Translations under genes and position numbers: made by a program | DNA from: Mustelus asterias | Lineage: Eukaryota | Direction: 5' to 3' | Length of the DNA: 64,000 nt | Assembly (NCBI RefSeq): GCF_964213995.1 | Contig: NW_027590419.1 | Coordinates: 248,001-312,000, forward strand | Notes under the pieces: model-generated | Databases searched by the model: none | What the model was told of the DNA's origin: nothing | The model's input: only the letters and a program-made list of their open reading frames with translations | In this document: positions 52,301-62,835 of the stretch, one piece after another | Layout: each line of letters begins with the position of its first letter | Position numbering within the stretch: position 1 is the first letter of the stretch

Positions 52301-53630
52301 CTCTCTCAAAGTGCCCTGCCACCTTCACTGACGTATGTACATATTAGAATCATGGAATCCCTACAGTGCAGAAGGAGGCCATACAGCCCATCGAGCCTGC
52401 GCTGACAACATTCCCACCCAGGCCCTATCCCCGTGATGCAACGTATTTACCCTGATAATACTGGCATGAATTGAGAAATGGTTAACGGACAGAAAACAGA
52501 GCTTAGGTACAAATGGGTCATTTTCAGAGTGGCAGGCTGTGACCAGCGGCTTATCACAAGGATCAGTACTCGGGAGCCCAGCTATTCACAATCCATATCA
52601 TTGATTTGGGCGTTTGGGATCAAATGTAATATTTCCGAGTTTGCAGATGACTTGAAAGCAGGTGTGAGTTGTGAGGAGGATGTAGACTCTTCAAGGGGAT
52701 GTGGGAGAGGCTGAATTAGTGGTGAAACCACACACGGAGTGTTGTGGACAGTTTTATCCTCTTACCTAAGGAAAGACATTCTTGTCCGAGAGGGACTTCA
52801 ATGACATTTCACTGCATTAATTCCTGGGATGGAGGGATTGTCCTCTGAGGAAAGAAAATAAACTGGACTTTTACTTTATGCACTTGAGAAGCATGAGAGG
52901 TGACCTCATTCAAACTTGGACATGTACCCGCCTCTACTACTGCCCCTGGCAGCTCATTCCAGACACTCACCACCCTCTGTGTGAAAAGAATTGCCCCTCT
53001 GGACCCTTTTGTATCTCTCCCCTCTCACCTTAAACCTACACCCTCTAGTTTTAGACTCCCCTACCTTTGGGAGAAGATATTGACTATCTAGCTGATCTGT
53101 GCCCCTCATTATTTTATAGACCTCTATAAAATCACCCCTCAGTCTTCTACGCTACAGGGAAAAAAGTCCCTGTCTGTGCAACCTCTCCTTAAAACCCAAA
53201 CCATCATGTCCCGGTAGCATCCTAGTAAATCTTTTTTGCACTCTTTCTAGTTTAATAATATCTATTCTAAAATAGGGTGACCAGAACTGTACACAGTATT
53301 CCAAGCGTGGCCTTAACAATGTCTTGTACAACTTCAACAAGACGTCCCAACTCCTGTATTCAATGTTCTGACCAATGAAACCAAGCATGCTGAATGCCTT
53401 CTTCACCACTCTGTCCACCTGTGACTCCACTGTCAAGAAGCTATGAACCTGTACCCCGAGATCTCTTTGTTCTATAACTCTCCCCAACAATGAAAATCAG
53501 ATTTAATACCACCAGGCGCAATCAAAAAGAAAAGAAAGTAAAAATATACTTCATACTGAGGAGAATGATCAGCAGTTGTTGGAATCAATCTTGATTCCAA
53601 AATGAAACAGGTTGTTTTAAAGCTGTATAT

Positions 53631-53662
53631 TGTAGTGCTTTTTTTCCACCAGGAGAGGGCAG
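53631..53662 (+). promoter_or_regulatory. Candidate extended CTCF site
   Basis: TGTAGTGCT-N6-CCA-CCAGGAGAGGGCAG: CTCF core plus upstream module at the usual spacing. Confidence 0.5.
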
Positions 53663-54387
53663 AAGGACATTGCATTAAGTTCATTATCGGAGCGCGTGTC
53701 TTTATTGAAGAAAATTTGATTGAAGGAACAAATGCAGAAACATAGTGTTAACACTGATAACAAACTTATTATTTTTTAAAATATTCTTATGAGTTGTCAA
53801 TGTTGCCACTCCTGTAGTTATGTACCAACTATTCGATGGATAGACTAGTTCCCATTGCACAAGTTCCCAAATTATCGAACGATATTTTAGGACTAACATC
53901 AGGACCTTCTTCTTGTCAGACCGGGACTGGTCACAGTGTGGAATGAAACTTCAGAAAGAACGAGAGAGCAAAATGCACTGAAATCGTTGGATCGTAGAAC
54001 AGAAGGAACGTTGTAAGCTCTCCCGCAATGAAAGAGCTATAACAAGAAGGAGGAAACAGCTCTTCTCATTTATAACTATCTCGTGAACTGCAACTTGTCG
54101 AAGATCCAAGTGAAGAATTGCACCCTGGAATTACCAGTATTCACCAGTAGAGAGCAGTGTGTCGCGTGAGAAATATTTAATCTGGGCGTGTCAGGTGTGT
54201 CCTCAGAGGTTGTGTGGGTCTGTGTCAGTGTGAAACGCTCAGTATGGGTGGCTAAAGTAGAACCCGCCTAATGTTGTCAGTTCAACATAAACACGGCACT
54301 GAACTGAACCCGAAGAGAATACTTGGTTCCGGGTTAATTTCCATCTCCTGGTTCAAAGCTGATCTCGGTGTTGTGTGTGAACTGAGA

Positions 54388-54720
54388 ATGGTCAGGATTG
54401 GCATCGACGTTTTGTTGTTTATCACTCTGATCTGCACGGGGATGACCGGAGAAGCTGAGTTGCTGCAGCTCCCTCCACGGATGGTTATCAGTGAAGCGAG
54501 AAATATATCCATGAACTGCACTATTTCCATTACGTTTGACATCGTGCGTTGGTATAAACAGCTCCCGAATCAGTCACCCCAGCATCTGGTGATGGCCACA
54601 AGAGGAACCGATCAACACGGGAGGATCACTGCTTCGATCGGTGAAGGCAACAAACTCAGCATCCTGACTGTGAGGGACGTACAGGTTTCAGACACTGCCA
54701 CCTATCTCTGCGCCGTGAGG
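54388..54720 (+). CDS. TRAV: T-cell receptor alpha/delta variable segment, leader and V in one exon (111 aa, germline, unrearranged)
   Basis: ATG at 54388 gives signal peptide MVRIGIDVLLFITLICTG-MTG, continuous with an Ig V-set domain (MNC, WYKQ, DTATYLCAVR). RSS starts immediately at 54721. Alpha vs delta usage cannot be resolved from sequence alone. Confidence 0.9.
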
Positions 54721-54759
54721 CACAGTGTAAAAAACACAGGCAGGTCCCGTGCCAAAACC
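54721..54759 (+). other. 23-bp-spacer recombination signal sequence
   Basis: CACAGTG (54721-54727), 23-nt spacer, GCCAAAACC (54751-54759; consensus ACAAAAACC). Confidence 0.92.
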
Positions 54760-55118
54760 TGCACCGCTTTCAAAAACCGCTCCGCAGAAATATCAGTGTT
54801 TCAACAAGCGCGGTATTAAATTCCAATGGTAAGGGGAATGAGAGCGAAACATTTCTTGAATCAGAAAATTTTAAAAAGCTTAAAATGAAGAGAGTTGGGA
54901 ATGTATTCAAAGAAAATGGAAGAGGTTACATGCAAATCAGAATGAAAGAAAGACAAAGCGAAAAAGTGCAGTAAGAATACGTAAAGAGCCGGACTGTATG
55001 ACCTGAAGCCAACAGACAGCACGGCCTCCCAGTCTTTCCTGTCGTCTATCACGCAAGTCTTGGACGACGGCGAGCGGGAGAGCCTGACAGACCGGTAGCT
55101 CTGGATGAGCTGACAAAG

Positions 55119-55682
55119 TCCCGTGTCTGCGTGGGTCTCCTCCGGGTGCTCCAGTTTCCTTCAACAGTCCAAAGATGTGCAGGTTAGTTTGATTGGCCAT
55201 GATAAATTGACCCTAGTGTCAGGGGGATTAGCGGGGCAAATGTATGAGGCTACGGGACTAGGGCCTGGGTAGACTTGCGATAGGTACAGACTCGGTGGGC
55301 CGAATGGCATTTTTCTGTACTGTACAAATTCTATGATCTATGATTCTATTATGTGGATATGTGCCAGTCTTTACAGGTGACCGTGCGTGAACCTGTTTCC
55401 AATATGCGGCAGTGCTGTCCACGGGAGGGCGCTCTCTGATCACTTATGAAAAATCACGATTCCCTTCAGAGGGAGCGACTTTTTGGTTGACTTTGGTTGA
55501 CTTTTTGGTTCGGTTGATTGGCCATGCTAAAATTGCCCTTAGTGTCCTGAGATGTGTAGGTTAGAGGGATTAGTGGGTAAATATGTAGGGATATGGAGGT
55601 AGGGCCTGGGTGGGATTGTGGTCGGTGCAGACTCGATGGGCCGAATGGCCTCTTTCTGTACTGTAGGGTTTCTTTTCTATGA
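55119..55682 (+). mobile_element. Two 5'-truncated HE1-type SINEs (55119-55350; 55511-55682)
   Basis: V-domain and tail GCAGACTCGATGGGCCGAATGGCC. Confidence 0.8.
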
Positions 55683-55820
55683 TTGAAGATGTAAAAATGG
55701 GCGGAGAGACGGAGTCACTTTCGACCTCATAACATCCCCCTGACTGTTTCAACTTCTCCATTTCCAGGTCTTATGCAGACAGTGATCACTGCCTCTGTTT
55801 CTGGTGTTCAGACTGGAACT

Positions 55821-55980
55821 ATGGGGGTGAAAGTCTGTCTGTCTCTGGCTATTGTCCTGATCACAGGTTGGTCATTTTGAACCTTTGACTGAAATCCGCC
55901 AATCACCATATTCATTGCCCATTTCCATTTCTAGGCGATTATTCCGTTGTTGTTACTCCTTCTAACCCGCTGCGTGTCTG
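55821..55980 (+). pseudogene. Truncated V-like gene: leader exon 55821-55866, intron 55867-55934, start of second exon
   Basis: 46-nt phase-1 exon ATG...ACA G|GTTGGT encoding MGVKVCLSLAIVLIT(G); acceptor TTTCCATTTCTAG|; then [15 protein letters not shown] before the sequence switches to zinc-finger DNA. Same 46-nt leader architecture as the V at 62835. Confidence 0.65.
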
Positions 55981-55989
55981 TTGTCTATT

Positions 55990-56793
55990 TTCACTCAGTT
56001 ATCCAGCCTGCAGACACACCAGCGAGTTCACACTGGGGAGAGGCCCTTCACCTGCTCTCAGTGTGGGGTGGGATTCACTCAGTCATCCCACCTGTGGATA
56101 CACCAGCGAGTTCACACTGGGGAGAGGCCCTTCACCTGCTCTCAGTGTGGGAAGGGATTCTGTGATTCATCCAGCCTGCTGAGACACCAGCGAGTTCACA
56201 CTGGGGAGAGGGCATTCACCTGCTCTCAGTGTGGGAAGGGATTCTGTGATTCATCCAGCCTGCTGAGACACCAGCGAGTTCACACTGGGGAGAGGCCGTT
56301 CACCTGCTCTCAGTGTGGGGAGGGATTCACTCGGTTAGCCACTCTGCGGATACACCAGCAAGTTCACACCGGGGAGAGGCCATTCACCTGCTCTCAGTGT
56401 GGGAAGGGATTCATTGATTTATCCGCCCTGTGGAGACACCAGCGAGTTCACACTGGGGAGAGGCCGTTCACCTGCTCTCAGTGTGAGAAGAGGTTCAGTC
56501 ATTTATCTGACCTGCAGAGACACCAGCGAGTTCACACTGGGGAGAGGCCATTCACCTGCTCTCAGTGTGAGAAGGGATTCACTCGGTTATCCAGCCTGCG
56601 GACACACGAGCAAGCTCACACTGGGGAGAGACCGTTCACCTGCTCTCAGTGTGGGAATGGATTCACTCGGTTATCCAGCCTGCGGACACACCAGCTGGTT
56701 CACACTGGGGAGAGGCCGTTCACCTGCTCTCAGTGTGGGAAGGGATTCAGAGTTTCATCCCACCTGCTGAGACACCAACAAGTTCACGAGTGA
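55990..56793 (+). pseudogene. 5'-truncated tandem C2H2 zinc-finger array (9 complete fingers plus a partial one); open frame, no in-frame ATG
   Basis: Repeats of CSQCGKGF...L.RHQRVH with TGERPF linkers at an 84-bp period; starts mid-finger ([10 protein letters not shown]); stop TGA at 56791-56793. Confidence 0.85.
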
Positions 56794-57039
56794 TTCCAGG
56801 GGTTGGATTCTGCTGTTATTGTTTCTGCTCTCAATTACATCCAGGACTGCGTTTTGTTCATTCTCACAGTTGGTCAATGGGGAGGGTCGGAGGGTTTCTT
56901 TCTGCTGGACTGGCCGGTCTCATGATTTTGCCTCCAGTGGGCTGATGCTCTTTGAGTCTTGTTGCGAATACCTGGTTTCAAATTTCACAAGGATCACAGA
57001 GTGACAGGGTGTTAGGAAGTTCAGAGATATTTAATCAGC

Positions 57040-57345
57040 ATTTCAGTTTGAATCCTCCCAATGCCCATCCAATTTCCTTTGTAATTGTTTATTGTCTCCA
57101 CTTCCTCCACCCTCGTAGGCAGCGAGTTCCAGGTCATTACCATTCGCTGCATCAAAATATTCGTCCTCACATCCCCCCTTCCTCTCTGACCCAAAACCAT
57201 AAATCTGTGACCCCCCTCGTCCTTGTCCCGTCAGCTAATGGGAACAGCTTTTCTTTGTCCACCTTGTCTAAACCTGTCAGAATCTTGTCCACCTCTATCA
57301 AATCTCCCCTCAACCTCCTTTGCTCCAAGGGGAACAACCCCAGCC
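57040..57345 (-). mobile_element. CR1 LINE 3' fragment
   Basis: LFPLEQRRLRGDLIEVDKIL...EKLFPLADGTRTRG. Confidence 0.8.
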
Positions 57346-59489
57346 TGAGATCGACAATAAAGAACAAACTAACAGAATATGTTAATACCTGAAATCAAAT
57401 GTGAATGTTTAATTCCTGTTTTAAAGATATTGTGAATATATTGTCCTGGACAATAAAGGAATTGGAATAACTCACCTTGGGTGTGGTTGAATGGAATATA
57501 TCAATCTGGTATCCACCTACAGTCTCCCTCCCTCGTGGCACTGTGGATGTACTTACACCTCAGGCATTGTAACAGTTCAGGAAGGCAGTGTTGGGATTGA
57601 CCATGGCCGAGGCAGCTACAGACAGCCACATATTCTGTTATAATTGAAGGACTGCAGATTGAATGTGAGGCATTATGGGACTGGGCTATCTTGACCACAT
57701 TCCTGTGACTGCTCAGTTACTGCAATCACGGACCATTAAAGCTGCTTAGCAGGGCCCCGACAGAGGACCTGGTGAGAATATTTATTCACAATGAGTTAGA
57801 ATTAAACTTATTCCAGGACCGGCTGGTGTTCAGCAGCTGAGATTCCTGAATCTGTAAAAAGGGGGTCCGACCAATCAACAAACAGTACTAGGTAGTTGGT
57901 TAAGAAGTTAAAAAGCATTCTGAACCATTGCTTAACCTATCGTCAATTTGTGATAAGAACTGTGAGGGACTTGTGACCAGATATTTGGTGAAGTGATGGT
58001 CTACTCCAAGTAGCATTGGACTCAAAAGCAGATCTCTGAGAGTAGATTCTAATGGTTATAATCCTACCCAAGCATGGCCAGTGAAAAATCAGAGCTCGAG
58101 TGGGGACCGCACAGGTCTCTTACCTGCCATTTGGAAACTAAGAACAAGAAGCTTATAGATAAAATGATGAGAGAAGAGAGCCAACGTTTCGATTCTGGAT
58201 GACACTTTGTAAGAAGCTCCTCCAGACTCAAAACATTGGCACTATTCTCTCTCCACAGATGCTGTCAGACCTGCTGAGATCTTCCAGCATTTTCTGTTTT
58301 TGTTTCAGATTCCAGTATCCGCAGTATTTTACTTTTATGATAATTTGATTCGGTCTGATTGGAATCCCCACGACCCTCCCGCAAAACAGAGGGAGTGGTG
58401 GCAAAGGGAGAAAAAGGATAAGGATGATAAAGTCTGGGTTCTGATTCTCCGAGCCCACGTAGAATTAACAAAACGAGTGAACCAGTTTATAAAGAATAGA
58501 AGTTACCCATCCCTAACAAAAACTGATCAAATTAAAATAATTAGGTTGATGAATATAACAAAAAACATTAATGGGTGAAGTTTAAAATCAAGTTTGTTTT
58601 GTTGTTCAGTACGTTTTTTAAACTTGTGTAAAGTGTCAAGTTTTTTCTGCTCACTCCCCACCCCTTTAGATTCTGCAGACAGTTGATTTGTTTTTAAATT
58701 GCCCGGAAACTCGTGTCTATTTCAGTTTATAATTGAAGATTTATGGGAATTGGCTGAGATGGTCTTTTGACATTTTTAAAGTATAAAAAAGTGATCTTGA
58801 GAAGCCAACTTGGTAGAAAGAGGTGGAGGGAGAGATGTTTACAGAGAGGTGTTGAGAGCTGTTGGTTTCACAAGTTATCCACGTTTTCGGAGCCGTCACT
58901 TCATGTCCTGGTCTGAGAGGGATGGAGAGAAGTCTGTTCAATTGTTAAAGTTAAGCTTTCTGTAATAACTGTTAATCGACACTTTGCTTTTCATCTCTCT
59001 AACTTGTTACATTTTTAATGGTTAATAAACTTTCTGATTTCACCATTTGAAGCTTTCTTTTTTGCCATATGGTTAAGTCGCTGGAACCTGGTGTGATTCA
59101 CGATTAGAGAATTAAACATTCCCACTGTTTTCTGTGTTAATAAAGTTTCTAACATCACCACAGCAACAACACTGGAAATGAGCTTCCTTGGGTTAGAAAG
59201 TGCTTTCGGACATCGGAAGTCTGTAAAAGGCATCAATAAAAATCTTTCATTCTGTTTTCGACTGAAATATCTTTCTAAAGATTAAATCCATTGTCACCAT
59301 CTTTCTACGGGCCCAGTAAAGTTTATTTTTAATTTCATTTTTAAATTTAAATTCCCGGATTGGGGAAATGAGTGGTCACCTAGGATTTCCCGGATTCTGT
59401 CTCCAGTCGGTTCAGATATTCTTTCCGCTCCAGAGGACACAGGCAGTCTGGCAGGAATAAGAATCCGGGAACTTACCGAGGAGACAGTG

Positions 59490-59755
59490 CCGTGCTCAGG
59501 GAACGCTGCACCGTCAGAGCGGCCAGCCTCTCGGTGACCTGTTCAATCGGGGGCACCGTGTTCCCTCTCAGCTGGAGGTGGTACATCACATGGTCACTGT
59601 TTCCAAGAAGAGCAGAGAAATGTCCTGTTTGATTTCTGTTCACCAATCACAATTCCTGAAACAGACAGAACACTACAATATTACGCTGAGTCTAAATTGG
59701 CTGCTGTGTTTTCAGTGACAGGGAAACACTTTGGGACATCAAACTCTATAAATCG
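59490..59755 (+). mobile_element. Degenerate DeuSINE-like (SacSINE1/AmnSINE1-type) element
   Basis: Resembles the Deu domain from memory (…CCCTCTCAGCTGGA…AAGAAGAGCAG…AAATTGGCTGC…CTTTGGGACATC); no alignment was run. Confidence 0.5.
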
Positions 59756-59937
59756 TCAAATATTCATTCTCTAAGCTGCCCCCATTGTTTTAGTTTGGTA
59801 ATATATTTATTAGTAATACATATGTACATATATTAGAATTAAATTTTGAGATACCAGCACGATTTCAGGTTCCACACCAGACACACTCTGATCACAATGT
59901 TTTCCTAACGCTCTGTTATGTTGAGTGAGGCTCTGAC

Positions 59938-59976
59938 AGTTTTTGTACAGGTTCAGCCCAGCTCTGTGTCTCTGTG
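59938..59976 (-). other. 23-bp-spacer RSS
   Basis: Minus strand CACAGAG (59976-59970), 23-nt spacer, ACAAAAACT (59946-59938). Confidence 0.9.
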
Positions 59977-60314
59977 GGTCTCAGTGCGCAGTAATAAACC
60001 CCGGAGTCTGCCAGCTCTGTTTTAGACACATTCAGAGGGACTGTGCGGGTTGAATCATTGAGTTCTACTGAAAAACGGTCCCCTTTGGATCTCCCTGTGT
60101 TCCCGGTGTATTTATGTGTCTGCAGCAGATATTCCATGGATCCACTGGGATACTGACGGTACCAGAAAAGATCAAAGCTGTTGCTTGTAGCTGTGTAATT
60201 ACAGAGCAACCGAACATCATCTCCTTCAGTGACGGTGACTGCAGCCGCTGTCTGTGAAACAGAATCTCCTCGGGAATGTCCTGTAAGAATCCAAAGAAAT
60301 ATTAAATTAAACAT
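59977..60314 (-). CDS. TRAV: T-cell receptor alpha/delta variable segment (V exon 60280-59977; in-frame ATG at 60314)
   Basis: GDSVSQT...VTEGDDVRLLCNY...LFWYRQYP...DRFSV...DSGVYYCALR; acceptor-like TTCTTACAG|GA at 60281; RSS adjacent. Confidence 0.92.
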
Positions 60315-61763
60315 TGCAATTTCACTCAGTTTTCCCAGAATTTGCCCGTTATCGGCAAAAATAATCTCAGAGAAAAATCAGACAGCAAAACAGAAACATA
60401 TTTTTCACAGTTCAGTGGCTGGAATGGGAAGACGTTTGTGGCGATTAAATAAAACTTCCACCATAAACATTCTCTTCTTTCTAACGAGATCAGTTCCTCG
60501 TCTTCAGTCCCTGTAACTGGAAACAGCTCACGGTCTGTCTGTTTGAAATGTGATGTTTGCCAAAGTGGTATCACTGGTATCAGAGGAGCTTGAATCTGAG
60601 CCCAATTGATTCTCTATCAATCCCGGGGGGAAATGTGCCCAATCCCAACAGTGTTCAGTGTTGAGACCAGAGAGATCCAAATAACTTTTCGATGTTGTGA
60701 TCAATCCATTCCCTGATCAACCCCCTTGCATTGAGCGAACAGCCCGACAGAATATAGTGTGTGGTAATGGTGTGTAACACAGAGTGAGCAACTTGTGAAC
60801 TTACCGATTAACAGAGCTGCCGCTGTGAGGAATAAATACAGAGTAACAAGACACATGATTGCAGAGCTCGCGGTGAATTTGACCAGAACGAGTTGAAGCT
60901 GAATTTGTGTCGGTCAAGAGTTGGGAAAAGGGTGAGTCATATCCGGCTCCCTGTTGATTGGTTTACTGTTGAGAACGTCATCAGATGACATCCAATCGGC
61001 ATCAATCTCCTATGTTCTTCAGTTCAACCAATGACCTCACAGTTCCTTTATCTGCAATTCATCCTATTGGCGGAGGGACGAAAGGAACAAAGTGAATTTG
61101 GTCATCCCACGACAGGGGATTACTTTCCCCTTCAACCATCATTTCAGGAACCGACCGGTCCCCTGAGTCCTGATGGCTCTGTTCTGACATGGAGAATGAC
61201 AATATCCATCCTCACAGCAACATAACAAGCAGTTTGTTATTAATCATGTTTGGGATATCAGCTATAGCGCGGGGGAGGATGATGCTTTAGTCAAAACATC
61301 TACCTGATAAGAAGTGACAGAACAATGAATGGTCTGAGATATTTCCATATGATGTTCTCTCAATTTGTAATTTTGCAGTCTGTCAAATCCTCTTTCAGAG
61401 TGGAAATATAGCTTGCCTCCCCATTGGACTGCTGATCCAATCAGTGCCGAACAGGGAAAAGCAGCAAAGATCAATATCTCCAATGAAATATCCAAGAAAA
61501 CAGCAAAGGAGAGACGGGTCAGAGTGCGAACAACACAGGAAAACTGTGGGTGGGACTACCATAGGCAGTGTGGTGACCGCTAGGATTTATCTGCAAGGAG
61601 CTGAACTCAATAACAATGTCAAATTGGAAATTCTGTAACTTTGTCTCTCTATATGAGAGGCAGCTGAATGTCCATTCCATACTGCGGACCAGCATTCTTG
61701 CACCAGGAGTATCGGATTAGTAAGTGATTCAGTACAAAGCGAAATCCTCATCAGTGATGTTTG

Positions 61764-62061
61764 GACCTGGGTTCGATTCCCGGCTTGGGTCACTGTCTGT
61801 GTAGAGTTTGCACATTCTCCTCGTGTCTGCGTGGGTTTCCTCTGGGTGCTCCGGTTTCCTCCCACAGTCCAAAGATGTGCGGGTTAGGTTGATTGGCCAT
61901 GCTAAAATTGCCCCTTAGTGTCCTGGGATGTGTAGATTAGAGGGATTAGCGGGTAAAATATGTAGGAATCTGGGGGTAGGGCCTGGGTGGGATTGTGGTC
62001 GGTGCAGACTAGATGGGCCGAATGGCCTCTTTCTGTATTGTACGGTTTCTATGATTTCTAT
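61764..62061 (+). mobile_element. HE1-type SINE, slightly 5'-truncated
   Basis: B-box GGTTCGATTCC, V-domain, tail. Confidence 0.85.
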
Positions 62062-62297
62062 GAGAAAGGCATCGAAAACGAAAAAAAAGGGGTGTTGAAG
62101 TATCTCAGATCGATATTGCAAATGTAAGTTCCGATCATTAACTAATGTAACTGCAACTGGACCACACCAGTTGCTGTTTTTGAGTGTTGTCTTTTGTTGC
62201 AATGTTAAGAATCTCTGTCACTCTCTCTGTGGAAACTGAATTACCCGCGTGTGTGCGCGCGCACCCTGCTGGGCACTAACTGGAACTGCCAGTGTGG

Positions 62298-62337
62298 GGT
62301 TTTTGTACGGCAATCGCTATATCTCTGCAGCAGTGTG
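62298..62337 (-). other. 23-type RSS with 24-nt spacer
   Basis: Minus strand CACACTG (62337-62331), 24-nt spacer, perfect ACAAAAACC (62306-62298). Confidence 0.85.
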
Positions 62338-62835
62338 GGTTTCATGGCACAGAAGTACCCGGCGCTGTCGGAAATCAGTGTGTTACTGATCGTCAGCTCG
62401 CTAGTCTTGTTCTTTTTATCAAATTTGGAAGAAAACCGATCATTGAGGTCGGGATTCTTTTGCACAATCTCTCCAATAAGCTGAAACATGTACACTGGAG
62501 CTTTCCCGGGCTGCTGACTGTACCAGTACACATAAGGGTTGGAATCGCTTGTTTTCAAAGCGCAGGTTAGTGTGACATCATTTTCCTCTTTAACCTTTAT
62601 TCCAGGATCCAATTGTTCCACTTCGTCTTGGTGGCTCCTTTCTAACAGAAACAACAGCAATATGACAATCAGAGTTAGCCTCAGATCAAACGATACAATT
62701 ATCATTATCACTATTGTTTTATCAACAAGAATATCTGGGTTACAGCTGTCAGGAGGAGCTTGTAGTTTTACTGGGAAGAAAATACTTACTGAGAAGTGAG
62801 AGAATGATGAGGATCGGAGTGAGATAGTTCACCAT
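62338..62835 (-). CDS. TRAV: T-cell receptor alpha/delta variable segment, two exons (leader 62835-62790; V exon 62641-62338; 148-nt intron)
   Basis: Leader MVNYLTPILIILSLL with A|GTAAGT donor; TTTCTGTTAG|AA acceptor; V: KRSHQDEVEQ...VTLTC...VYWYSQQPGKAP...DRFS...DSAGYFCAMK. Confidence 0.92.

Larger units (their letters stand above)
40678..53488 (+). repeat. Segmental duplication, copy B
   Basis: Starts GATAGAATCTGTATTCAGAC and ends ATAACTCTCCCCAAC, matching 7052 and 19978. Confidence 0.93.

Noticed and set aside
53932-53970. CACAGTG heptamer upstream of the first V
   Set aside because: No nonamer at 12 or 23 nt.
54271-54387. N-terminal extension of the 182-aa ORF and its read-through past 54720
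   Set aside because: The signal peptide starts at ATG 54388; the C-terminal part is translated RSS and flank. The same applies to the intron-derived N-terminus of ORF 62241-62711.
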